From a virus: a stretch of DNA of 64,000 nt. This document shows positions 27,575 through 36,836 of this stretch, in pieces. The position numbers were made by a program, and so were the translations under genes. The DNA lies in IMG/VR virus record IMGVR_UViG_3300045999_007288, positions 1 through 64,000 of that record. The stretch is one strand, 5' to 3'. Below the pieces are notes generated by a model. It saw nothing but the letters and a program-made list of their open reading frames with translations, was not told the DNA's origin and ran no database searches. Position 1 is the first letter of the stretch; each line of letters begins with the position of its first letter.

Positions 27575-28706
27575 TTAAAAGATCCTTAACTTTGACAGGA
27601 AGAGTTATATTTTTTCTATCTTCCCATTGTTTTAAAAAATGTAAAAATTCTGAAAATAAAGTTTTATTAAATTTAGTTGAAGACAATATACTTAACACAA
27701 CATCAACATTCTTTATATTTTTATTATCTAACAACGTTAATAGCACAGTCTCTGCTTGTTTTTTAATGTTATCCGGAGTTGCTTCAATGCTTTGAATTCT
27801 GGGATGTTGACCATATGACAGTGCCCAATGAAAGTTATCTTTATATTTTTCTATTCTGGGCAGTATTACACCAGATGAAAAGTTTTCGATATCACAGAGA
27901 GTTAAATTAGTCATCAAACTCAATATATTAATTTTGATATTTTCTTCACTACGTTCTAATAGATAGTCCAAATTTTTCAAAAATAAATCATAATCAAGTC
28001 CATACCTAACAAATTCTGATATTTCCTTGCAAGAATCTAAACTGACATTTATTACAATGTATTTAAATTTATTTCTATTAGATAGTAGTTTATCAATTGA
28101 TGTTTTATCGACCATTAAATTTGAAGTTACATCTAAAATTCCTTTATGGTCTATTGTATCTAAGATATTAAAAAAATTTTTATTTATTAATGGCTCGCCA
28201 CCTATTATTCTCAAAGTTTCAAATTTTAGAGTGTTTAACAATTTTAAATTTTCGACCACTAATTGTTTATTTTTAATATCAACACTGTAGATATGTCGAT
28301 CTGTAAACAATTGATATTTTTGATTTTGTACGTCCTTTTCCCATTGACTGCTAAACTTTGGATTACAATATATGCATTGCATATTGCAAGCATTGCCAAC
28401 ATTAATTTCAATTACCTTAGGCGATTTATTATTTTTATATTCATCGAATGTTGATACTTCAAATTTTTCTAAAAACTGAGTTCTGAGGCTGGTGCCGTTT
28501 GTTTTTTCAGAATTCCAACAGTAAGAACAACTGGAATCTTGCACATTGTTTAATAAATTTTGTTTTTGATGATCGATAATTTTGTTGTAATCGTCGACAA
28601 ATTTTTCCGGTCTTGCTTTACAACAACCATACACATAATTATAACTAGTATTAATGACTAATTCGTCCCATTTAGCCGGACAAAAAGTGTTAGGTAGTTG
28701 TTGCAT
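27561..28706 (-). CDS. radical SAM enzyme (subtype B-like, AT-rich, divergent)
   Basis: CPAKW...GCC...CSYCW; CNMQCIYC; GGEP; TSNL. Confidence 0.88.
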   Translation of the reverse strand: MQQLPNTFCPAKWDELVINTSYNYVYGCCKARPEKFVDDYNKIIDHQKQNLLNNVQDSSCSYCWNSEKTNGTSLRTQFLEKFEVSTFDEYKNNKSPKVIEINVGNACNMQCIYCNPKFSSQWEKDVQNQKYQLFTDRHIYSVDIKNKQLVVENLKLLNTLKFETLRIIGGEPLINKNFFNILDTIDHKGILDVTSNLMVDKTSIDKLLSNRNKFKYIVINVSLDSCKEISEFVRYGLDYDLFLKNLDYLLERSEENIKINILSLMTNLTLCDIENFSSGVILPRIEKYKDNFHWALSYGQHPRIQSIEATPDNIKKQAETVLLTLLDNKNIKNVDVVLSILSSTKFNKTLFSEFLHFLKQWEDRKNITLPVKVKDLLNAKD

Positions 28707-30087
28707 AATATTTGCATTCCTTCCAAAAATCTACCATTTCTGGAAATGCCAAAATAAAGTTAGTGCCGCGGCGGCGATCATGTTCATTGAAAAATTTATA
28801 AAAATTTGCTTTTTGCATTTTAACATAATCAGGATCTAATTTGCTACCTTCTCTCATCCAATCAATGACTCTTTGTAAACGTTGAACTTCATAATCTTTG
28901 AAACCGTGAAACGGAGTCTCAGGTTGCTCCATTTTTGTAATCATAAAACTCCATGACATTTCTAAGTTATCTATATAACTTTCTGGTAATAGTTGTAAGC
29001 TTTGCCATTCTGGTTTACGAAGAATCGGAGTATCAAACCACACACGCTGATACGTTTTACTGTGTATTTGTCTGAGTCCTAATATACAACCTAGTAAATT
29101 TTGAAGGCCGGCCACATTTAAATTATTCATAGTAATTATAAATGTTAAACTACTACGATTGGGCACTTCATATAAAAATCTGTTGACGTTATCCCAAAAT
29201 CTTTCAAAATTTAATCCATGTCTGATATATTCGGCCTGTAGAAAAGTGGCATCTATACTAACATACTGCATGAAATGCTCAATTTTTTTATCTTCATTGC
29301 TGCACAATCGTTTCACATAATCTAAGTATTTTTCAAACAATGCAGGGTCAACGCTGAAATTAGAAGTCACATTTAAATGTAGTTTTGGATTAGGATTTTC
29401 CAATACATAATCAAATACACGATATGTATTCTTATCCATGAGAGGCTCTCCGCCAGTCATTCTGAAATGTTCCAATTCTGGATATAGCGTAGGCCACCAA
29501 GACCAGAACGCATCAACATAAGGATTATCTTCCCTTGCAGGAATAACTTTTCTTTCTCCAGTAAAATGACTGGGGTCGTTGTGCAGTGGGCTTGTGGGAA
29601 AAGCGCCATTACGTTCTACTTCACTGGCCCAACTACTAGAGTATTGGGGGCTGCAATAACTGCAAGATAAGTTGCAAGCATTATTGAAATTGACTTCTAC
29701 GTAGGAAGGAAGCACATCCTCGTCTCCAGTGGAATTAACTATTTTTTCAAAATCTTTTGTTGCCCACGGCTCTCCACTACGATAATGTCGATCGCTTAAA
29801 TTGCCCAAATCTTCTTGTGTCCAACAATAACTACATTCTTGTGGGCGCTCATTATGCAGCATAATCTTACGCTGTTCTTTTTTGTAAGGAGTGTTATGCA
29901 ATGCACCAGGATTATCTTTTAATAGTGTTGAATCTATTTTATGTAAAGGTGGGTGATAGCAACTGTTATTAAGTCCCGTCGGTAAATGTAAGCTAACTTG
30001 TTTCCATTTGGCCAAACAAAGTGCAGGACCTAATTTAGATTTTGCGTCTTCCGCAGAATTTAAAAATACGCTTTTAGACATTACCAA
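28690..30087 (-). CDS. radical SAM enzyme with N-terminal twitch-like domain (subtype B)
   Basis: CLAKW...SCYHP...CSYCW; CNLSCSYC; TGGEP; TSNF. The ATG at 30081 may be the true start. Confidence 0.9.
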   Translation of the reverse strand: MVMSKSVFLNSAEDAKSKLGPALCLAKWKQVSLHLPTGLNNSCYHPPLHKIDSTLLKDNPGALHNTPYKKEQRKIMLHNERPQECSYCWTQEDLGNLSDRHYRSGEPWATKDFEKIVNSTGDEDVLPSYVEVNFNNACNLSCSYCSPQYSSSWASEVERNGAFPTSPLHNDPSHFTGERKVIPAREDNPYVDAFWSWWPTLYPELEHFRMTGGEPLMDKNTYRVFDYVLENPNPKLHLNVTSNFSVDPALFEKYLDYVKRLCSNEDKKIEHFMQYVSIDATFLQAEYIRHGLNFERFWDNVNRFLYEVPNRSSLTFIITMNNLNVAGLQNLLGCILGLRQIHSKTYQRVWFDTPILRKPEWQSLQLLPESYIDNLEMSWSFMITKMEQPETPFHGFKDYEVQRLQRVIDWMREGSKLDPDYVKMQKANFYKFFNEHDRRRGTNFILAFPEMVDFWKECKYYATTT

Positions 30088-31007
30088 CCCTCAACTCGTC
30101 GAATAACATCTAGTTCAGTCATTGTTGTTCCCATGTTACGATGCACTGCTTTATAATGATGTTTAAAAAATGCACTCTGGTCTGGATTCATATCTACTAT
30201 CGGCAATCCCAATCGTGTACGCAATGTTTGTCCAATGTTTTCACAGGCAGGTTCTTCGTCTTTGCTAAAGCTGTTCCAAAGATATGCGAGATGGTCAAAA
30301 TCTTGCACTTGTTTATAATCCCAGTCCCTTAACATAGTCATGTACGTACCTAGCCGAGCACCGTATATAGCCCACCAACCATTTTCTACATCTTGCCCTA
30401 CGCTCTGCCAGATGCATAAATGATCGTAATTACGGGCATGAACTTTTTGTTCAAACTCTTGTAAGCTAGGTTTCTTACCACGATTCAAACACATTTTAAC
30501 GCCTTCACGAAAGCCTGCTCGCCAAGCTTGAAAAGGTGTTGCATTGGGAAAGGTAGTACTATAGCAATCATGCATGGGAATATACTTTGGATCAAAGCAA
30601 AACTCTACCACAGTCTCATCTCTGCCATCAGTGGCTTCGTGTGTTCGCATATTGTTGACGAACTCTTTGGTCCAGCAACTTATTCCGCCATTGCCGTACA
30701 TCAATCCATTGATATGATTACGAGCTTTCCACCTAAATACACAGTCGTGATTGTTATCATCAAATTTAAGTTGAAGATTAAAAAATTCAGCATCTGGTAT
30801 ATTGTCCCCATCTATTAGCACGAACCTATCAGTGTCACTGGCCGCAGCAGCGGCTTTGTGTGCAGCATCACTGCCTTTAATACCGTCCACATGTTTAGCC
30901 CACGGAATTAAATTTTGAATCTTAATCCAAAATTCTTCTTTTTTCGGTTCGTCGTAGGTTAAAAATATGCAATCGAGGTCAGCAATATCAACGATTTTTG
31001 TAGTCAT
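30081..31007 (-). CDS. GT-A fold glycosyltransferase-like protein
   Basis: IFLTYDEP, G.KGSDAAH.AAA, DXD motif (IDGDN), WRAGFREGVKM. Confidence 0.65.
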   Translation of the reverse strand: MTTKIVDIADLDCIFLTYDEPKKEEFWIKIQNLIPWAKHVDGIKGSDAAHKAAAAASDTDRFVLIDGDNIPDAEFFNLQLKFDDNNHDCVFRWKARNHINGLMYGNGGISCWTKEFVNNMRTHEATDGRDETVVEFCFDPKYIPMHDCYSTTFPNATPFQAWRAGFREGVKMCLNRGKKPSLQEFEQKVHARNYDHLCIWQSVGQDVENGWWAIYGARLGTYMTMLRDWDYKQVQDFDHLAYLWNSFSKDEEPACENIGQTLRTRLGLPIVDMNPDQSAFFKHHYKAVHRNMGTTMTELDVIRRVEGW

Positions 31008-31413
31008 AGTGTTCTACATCTTTATAAGTTTCACCATCTTCCAAAATTATGCCTGGAACATTTTTTACTGTTTTAAATCCTGTCTGACTTTTTTCAAGTT
31101 GCGGTGTTTGCGCGGCATTGTCTTTTTTAACTGCAATTTTATTATTATATACCGTATACTTGTGTAATTCTGCATATACACTCTTATAAGTATCCTCATC
31201 TACTATGATATAATCGCCGGTGAGGCCATACATTTCAGCATCTTTTACTGTAGGCGATGTTGCTATAATATTGCCAGACGCATCATAATAAATTCGATAT
31301 TCGTATTCAATTATCGAAGGTTTATCTATTAGACCCAACTCGTCTAATTGTCTAATTATTTCTTCAAGAGTGGTGTCTTCATTAACTGTTATGGTAGGTT
31401 CGTTCGTATTCAT
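30988..31413 (-). CDS. hypothetical protein
   Basis: 141-aa ORF overlapping both neighbours; EYRIYYD..G.I. Confidence 0.65.
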   Translation of the reverse strand: MNTNEPTITVNEDTTLEEIIRQLDELGLIDKPSIIEYEYRIYYDASGNIIATSPTVKDAEMYGLTGDYIIVDEDTYKSVYAELHKYTVYNNKIAVKKDNAAQTPQLEKSQTGFKTVKNVPGIILEDGETYKDVEHYDYKNR

Positions 31414-32230
31414 GTATTAATTCCTCTGTTACATATGATTTATCATAATAATGCACTGGGCTGTATTGATTCAGATTATGAATTTTAATCATATGGTTAT
31501 CTCTATCATGCAGCACTATGTCTTGCCAAGACTGATCTGTATTGCCCCAGCCGTTGATACCAGGTTTCAAATGTACGAAATTAATGAAATCCATGGTTGG
31601 TATGGTACACAATTCAACCCCTATAGTTTTTGCTGTTAAAGCATACAGTACATCAGTGCTAGGCGTGTCTTCTCGACAATTTTTTAGAACATTATCTCTA
31701 AAATATTCCCAATTTCTTAAAATTCGTTGGGCTGTTAAAAAGAAATCATTGGCTACTTTGCTATATCTAAAATACATTAAACCATTGTAAATGTCTGGTA
31801 ACTCGTTGTCATCAAAAAATTTTCTATAAAGTCTAGTTGTAGCTAGTTCTTGCCTATATGTTTTGCATCCTGTACTTAATACAACGTCCCGCAGTCTAAA
31901 CGCATTCCACCAATGATCGATATTTCTGGTGAATAACAAATCGCTTTCTAATTTAATAGTTTCTTTAAAAGGACTCAGTGAAAAAACTTGGTATTCATTG
32001 GATAGTTTCCATGTACTGTCTTTATCATTTTCGTCATAGGGTATTTCGATTATATGATTAAATACTTTTTTATGTTTATCTGTGATTTGCTCGATGGTAT
32101 TTTTATCGCAAATCACTGCATACTTGGCAGTTGGATGCAGGCTTTTTACATTCATTGCTTGGCAATACGCAAGGGATAGATAATCCACCTTATCTGTATT
32201 TTGTGCAAATGTTAGAAACCCTTTAGTCAT
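31382..32230 (-). CDS. GT-A (GT8/mannosyltransferase-like) glycosyltransferase paralogue
   Basis: KGFL.FA.N, LSPF.ETI.LESD, F..HLKP, HYYDK. Confidence 0.55.
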   Translation of the reverse strand: MTKGFLTFAQNTDKVDYLSLAYCQAMNVKSLHPTAKYAVICDKNTIEQITDKHKKVFNHIIEIPYDENDKDSTWKLSNEYQVFSLSPFKETIKLESDLLFTRNIDHWWNAFRLRDVVLSTGCKTYRQELATTRLYRKFFDDNELPDIYNGLMYFRYSKVANDFFLTAQRILRNWEYFRDNVLKNCREDTPSTDVLYALTAKTIGVELCTIPTMDFINFVHLKPGINGWGNTDQSWQDIVLHDRDNHMIKIHNLNQYSPVHYYDKSYVTEELIHEYERTYHNS

Positions 32231-33062
32231 TGCAGATCCTTTCTACAAAATTTTTGAATTGATCCGACAGTAGATAATTCTTATCCATGATATGTAAATT
32301 TTGTCTGCTTATCACATCTGCTCGGCTATCATACTTGACCGTTAAAAATTTATTTTTAAGATCAATTGCCTCGATGTTATCTTCTATAGTTAACATTGGC
32401 CATGGTATACTTTGTTCGGGAGTAAGGGTGTGCCCATTTAAAATAATATTGGCCATACTAAATGCAAAATCATTTCTATAGTTTGTTTCTCTAATAGAAA
32501 ATAAACTTCTATAATACCCATAGTTTCTTTGTATGCGTCCTACTAAATCAAAAAATAATTTGGCTCTTAGAGTTTTTCGAAATAACACAACTGTGGCCCA
32601 CACCATAGGCAAACTTGCAGGTCCCATTTCATCTATGTTAAGTGCTTGAGGAGTCTGCATGTTATACATTAACCTATAATCAAAAGGTTGATCTAACAAT
32701 TTTAACAAGCTAGTGTCCAGCATCAAATAATCTGTGTCTATTAGAATAGTTTCATCATAGGGGCTGAAGTCGAATGCTCGATATCTGTCAAAATTTTTCC
32801 ATTCGTATACTTGTTGATCCTTAGAAAATCTAACATTGCCAGTTTTACTGTCAACACGAATTACTTGATCATAATCAAATTTTAATTCAGCATCTACGTC
32901 AGTGACCAGAGTCACAGGAAGTCCCAATGTACGATTGATCAATCTGCTGGTTTGGTCTGCTATTTCGGTATACTTAACTTTTTGACTATTAAAAGCAAAT
33001 ACCAGTACACCTTTAGATTTTTCTAATTCGCTTGAGCTCTTCATGTTGTTGATGCCATTCAT
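32223..33062 (-). CDS. GT-A (GT8/mannosyltransferase-like) glycosyltransferase paralogue
   Basis: KGVLVFAFN, SPYDETILIDTD (DXD), WATV..F.K, RNDFA, H.M.K. Confidence 0.6.
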   Translation of the reverse strand: MNGINNMKSSSELEKSKGVLVFAFNSQKVKYTEIADQTSRLINRTLGLPVTLVTDVDAELKFDYDQVIRVDSKTGNVRFSKDQQVYEWKNFDRYRAFDFSPYDETILIDTDYLMLDTSLLKLLDQPFDYRLMYNMQTPQALNIDEMGPASLPMVWATVVLFRKTLRAKLFFDLVGRIQRNYGYYRSLFSIRETNYRNDFAFSMANIILNGHTLTPEQSIPWPMLTIEDNIEAIDLKNKFLTVKYDSRADVISRQNLHIMDKNYLLSDQFKNFVERICND

Positions 33063-33339
33063 TCATTACACTTTGATAATGTTGTCGAGCCTTTGTTAAA
33101 AACGATTGTTTATCTAATTTAATCGGATTCAAATAGATATCTTCTATGTACAAGATATCATCGGGCCACGTTGCTACAAATGCCAATAATTCCGGATTTA
33201 TTTTGAACAATCCGTTTTCATAGGGCATATGCAATTCTGTTAAAATACGCTCGCGCAAGACTCTTTTATTGATTTGATAATCTGTAGCCAGTTTTACCTG
33301 ATTGACTATTTCTTCGACAGTGCTGTTCATATTGGGCAT
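33013..33339 (-). CDS. hypothetical protein, first gene of the GT/rSAM operon
   Basis: 108-aa ORF directly after a promoter-like element. Confidence 0.65.
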   Translation of the reverse strand: MPNMNSTVEEIVNQVKLATDYQINKRVLRERILTELHMPYENGLFKINPELLAFVATWPDDILYIEDIYLNPIKLDKQSFLTKARQHYQSVMNEWHQQHEELKRIRKI

Positions 33340-33345
33340 AAAATA

Positions 33346-33388
33346 ATAGGTATATACTATTATAATATATACCTATCTCAGATGTCAA
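33346..33388 (-). promoter_or_regulatory. sigma70-like promoter overlapping an 11-bp hairpin (possible terminator of the tail transcript)
   Basis: Minus strand TTGACA (33388-33383), 18 nt, TATAAT (33364-33359); inverted repeat ATAGGTATATA 33346-33356 / TATATACCTAT 33366-33376, followed by TATTTT on the minus strand. Confidence 0.6.
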
Positions 33389-33399
33389 GTCTTGAAAAA

Positions 33400-34335
33400 T
33401 TAAGTTATGGTAGCTGTTCCCCAGGTATTTGTTAAGTTAGTAGTTTCTGGGTATCGTACTGTGCATGTTATTTGATCGGTAACATTAATCGAATCTGCTG
33501 GTTGAGTAGAGCCTGTGGTTGCAGAGAACAATGTAATAGTGATTGTAAGAACGTTGCCATTTGCACCATATGACCCAGCAGTGCCATTGGTAGAATAGTT
33601 AATAGACAAAAAATCACCCGTATAGTAACTGGTGCTGTTTACTCGAAACATTTGTGTAGGAGTAGTAGTTAAACCGTAATACCCGCCGGTGGTAGTATCT
33701 GTTACTAACGTTCCGCCTGAACCAGCCCTTGCTCCATACGATGCGGCATTTAATCTCTTAGAGGAAAAATTAGTCGAAGCAAGAGTACCGATACTGGCGC
33801 CACGACTTGTTCCGCCTGTATTAGTAAAAACTACCTGTTCTATTAGAATGGAGCCGCCAGCATTGAAAAAATATCGTGTGGCGTCAACACCGCTGCCAAA
33901 CGTGATTGTAAATGTAATAGTCCCAGTCGCAGACACTCCAGCTGCTGCATTCAAAGTTGTTGATTTAGTCGATGACGTTGTTGTGCCAGTAGTAGCGGCA
34001 CTGAGACGATTAGTGGCTGCTGTGGAAACTGCTGATGTCAGTGTCGATAAAAATGTAACAGTAGTTCCAGCAGTGGGCGCACTTATACCAGATCCGCTGC
34101 CGCTTTGGTGTATCCTTGCAGAATTTAATGTATTAACTAAACTTGCCCAGTTAGTTGCAGCTACTGTGCCGCTTACAGACACGTTACTGACTGCGGTTTG
34201 ACCGTATCCATAATTTCCTTGACCGGTGGACCAAACTGGATTAAGTTGGGTTCCACCACCTTGTGTGCCAGCAGATGCACCTACTATATTATTAAAGTCA
34301 CTTGCCTGTATTAATCCACCAGATGCGTATGTCAT
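33400..34335 (-). CDS. virion structural / tail-fibre-associated protein (Thr/Gly/Ser-rich)
   Basis: MTY..GG.I.A.D.N, GYGQ, R.FFNAGG; lies in the tail module; TAAATA upstream at 34353-34358. Confidence 0.65.
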   Translation of the reverse strand: MTYASGGLIQASDFNNIVGASAGTQGGGTQLNPVWSTGQGNYGYGQTAVSNVSVSGTVAATNWASLVNTLNSARIHQSGSGSGISAPTAGTTVTFLSTLTSAVSTAATNRLSAATTGTTTSSTKSTTLNAAAGVSATGTITFTITFGSGVDATRYFFNAGGSILIEQVVFTNTGGTSRGASIGTLASTNFSSKRLNAASYGARAGSGGTLVTDTTTGGYYGLTTTPTQMFRVNSTSYYTGDFLSINYSTNGTAGSYGANGNVLTITITLFSATTGSTQPADSINVTDQITCTVRYPETTNLTNTWGTATIT

Positions 34336-34347
34336 ATTTTGTTCCGT

Positions 34348-36000
34348 TTAACTATTTAATGTTACGATGGCGTATATTGTTCCTTCGCCGTCGTCAGACT
34401 TGTTTTCCAGTGCTCGGCCAATTACATTAAATGGTGTAATTTCATCCTTATTTGCGGCACGAGCCATTCCCCGACCAGCACTAACCAGCCTGTCTCCTTT
34501 ACGCACTGAGCCAATGACTTTAACAGGAACACGACCACTGACCGCAACAGGAGGATGAGTTTCATTGGATCCAGCTTGACTGTTCATCAAATAAGCTGCT
34601 CGTGTACTTACAACTCCGAATACATCATCGCTCAATTCTTCATCGGCTAATGTAACTTCTTTTTCGCCGCCCATGGTCAACACTGTGCCGGGCTGGTAAT
34701 ATGCGTCGGCTTCAAATCTTTCGGCCAAGTCAGCATATAATGCATTAATTGCAACACCGTTAAAGAATGCTCCATTCACATTTCCCTGTGCAAATATTGC
34801 TCCAGTTAAACTCATTCCGCCCGAAATTCGAACAGCGCCTGTTACGTTACTAGTAGCAGCTTCGCCCCCAGTTACCAATAGGTAAGCAGCAGTTGATACA
34901 TTGCCCGTGGCCTGAACACGCCCACCAGCAACTACATTTCCAGAAGTTATAACACTGTTAGATGTAAACAAGTTTCCGGTTAGACCAATACCGCCAGTTA
35001 CCCTAATGGCTCCAGTTACATTACTAGTAGCATTATCCCCTTGGGTAGTCTGAATAAAACCAGAAGTAACAAATGCGCCAGTTGTATTTAAATTTGCAAT
35101 GCTAGTAACGCCGTTTTGGCCATTTACTGTCAATACAGGAGTAGAAACACCTAGCACGTTGGCAACAACTTGTAGGTTTCCGCCATTCACGTTGTTTACT
35201 AGTTGAGTAGTATTACCGGTAATAGAAACTGTAAAATTATTACCTGTGCCGACTGTTAGTCCGCTGTTATTGTTTATATTAATTGTATTAGCAAACGTAG
35301 TAGCAATATCTGTTCTGGCATAGCTACTAGCAGGTTGACTGCCTAAATTATTAGAATTGGTTGCATTACCCACGAATGCAATATTTCCGACCACTGAAGT
35401 TGATGCTAAATTAAATCCAGGTTTAATAGTTGTAAATCCAGTTGGACTGTCTGCTGGTGTATATTCTTGATCTCTACTAATAATACCTATTAAGGTTGTA
35501 CCAACAAACACGTTAACTGCAACGTGATCTGCCACCAGTGGATTACTGTCTGCAATTTGTCCTACGCTAACTCCAGACTGGCCGACGTTACTTGTAAATG
35601 CAGGACCGATTAATACCCAACTTGAACCATTATAAATATTCAACTGTTGAGAATTTGTATCCCACCATGCATTTCCTGTCTTAGAACCAGTGGGCTGTGT
35701 GTTACTGGAAGTCATCGTTCCCATGGTGCGCCATGTCGATCCAGTGTAAACTTTTAAATTTCCAGCCAGATCCCACCATAACTGGCCTGTTAACGGGTTA
35801 GGAATAGCTGAACTATCGCCACCAGCAGTAGACACACTGGCGAAATTTTCCAACATGTGTACTAAGTCAGAATTCAAAAATGTTCCGTAGCCTGCATAGT
35901 TTTTACCTATCAGAGCTAAACTGGTACTAGTTTGATTAACAGTACCATCTTGAATTGTGGTTAAAAGTGTACCGTTACTTAAAGTTATTGTATAGGCCAT
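34348..36000 (-). CDS. tail fibre protein with C-terminal autoproteolytic chaperone-like domain
   Basis: GKNYAGYG..LENFA, GQLWWD repeats, beta-helix-like Gly/Asn/Thr repeats, C-terminal YADLAE...GRVPVKV.G...KGD.LV. Confidence 0.75.
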   Translation of the reverse strand: MAYTITLSNGTLLTTIQDGTVNQTSTSLALIGKNYAGYGTFLNSDLVHMLENFASVSTAGGDSSAIPNPLTGQLWWDLAGNLKVYTGSTWRTMGTMTSSNTQPTGSKTGNAWWDTNSQQLNIYNGSSWVLIGPAFTSNVGQSGVSVGQIADSNPLVADHVAVNVFVGTTLIGIISRDQEYTPADSPTGFTTIKPGFNLASTSVVGNIAFVGNATNSNNLGSQPASSYARTDIATTFANTININNNSGLTVGTGNNFTVSITGNTTQLVNNVNGGNLQVVANVLGVSTPVLTVNGQNGVTSIANLNTTGAFVTSGFIQTTQGDNATSNVTGAIRVTGGIGLTGNLFTSNSVITSGNVVAGGRVQATGNVSTAAYLLVTGGEAATSNVTGAVRISGGMSLTGAIFAQGNVNGAFFNGVAINALYADLAERFEADAYYQPGTVLTMGGEKEVTLADEELSDDVFGVVSTRAAYLMNSQAGSNETHPPVAVSGRVPVKVIGSVRKGDRLVSAGRGMARAANKDEITPFNVIGRALENKSDDGEGTIYAIVTLNS

Positions 36001-36040
36001 CGTTCATGTATCCGTTTAGTGTATTTATATTTCTTTTTAA

Positions 36041-36634
36041 TTACAAATTCGTACTCAAATTGGTCAAAGTTTGAATTCTGATAGTGTAATCAATTTGAAT
36101 AAGTCTGTTAAGTGCTTTTTGCACTGGGTGAAAAATTACGTGAGTCAGTAATTTTCCGCTTTCGCTGATTAATCCTAATTCGTCAAATACGTAGGTTCCG
36201 CTCATTGTTGCACTGTTGTCAAATGCTTGTTGTCCAGCTGGTTCTGTGTAATCTAATAGACAACTTACAAAAATATCAGTATAGATCAAACCTGGTGTAT
36301 GTCTTACTTCGATGTAATTTCTTGCTGGATCCGTGTTTAATGCACTGGTATTGTCGACTATTTTACTGTAAGTTTGGTTGTACAAACTAGCATTTTGTCC
36401 AAAAGTATTAGTAGGCAAATATGTAATAACACCAGTACTATCTACCGCAGTTGCTCCGTTTCCGAACGCCATGTTTTGTATATACCCAATACCTTTGTTC
36501 GCAATGCTTTGTGCTAACGCTTCACTCATATTTTCATAATGAATGGCGTTGGGTTTATCTCTGAAAATTTCGCCGGTTGCAGGATCCCAAATTTTAATGT
36601 GTCCTTGTATCATTGTATTTGTTTTATCTAGCAT
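36041..36634 (-). CDS. virion structural protein (tail/baseplate-associated)
   Basis: GHIKI.D, NAIH, FDELGL, HVIFHPVQK..NR.I.IDY; lies in the structural module. Confidence 0.65.
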   Translation of the reverse strand: MLDKTNTMIQGHIKIWDPATGEIFRDKPNAIHYENMSEALAQSIANKGIGYIQNMAFGNGATAVDSTGVITYLPTNTFGQNASLYNQTYSKIVDNTSALNTDPARNYIEVRHTPGLIYTDIFVSCLLDYTEPAGQQAFDNSATMSGTYVFDELGLISESGKLLTHVIFHPVQKALNRLIQIDYTIRIQTLTNLSTNL

Positions 36635-36644
36635 AAGTGATCCA

Positions 36645-36815
36645 TTAATTTCCAGTTTCTACTATTACATCACCAGATTCTGGATCTGTAATTTTTACAA
36701 AACCACGCATATAAATTCCTGTAGATTCGTTTGGTTTTTCTGGAACAGATTTTTCGAGTTTTTGTTCCAAATCAGTGTTTGTATGGTTATTTATCATGGT
36801 CTTCTGTGTGTTCAT
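36645..36815 (-). CDS. small protein, 56 aa (MNTQKTMINN...GIYMRGFVKITDPESGDVIVETGN), absent from the ORF track
   Basis: Manually translated; TAAATA 6 nt upstream; C-terminus resembles the N-terminus of 36041-36634. Confidence 0.65.
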   Translation of the reverse strand: MNTQKTMINNHTNTDLEQKLEKSVPEKPNESTGIYMRGFVKITDPESGDVIVETGN

Positions 36816-36836
36816 TGTTAATATTTATTTGCTTTT

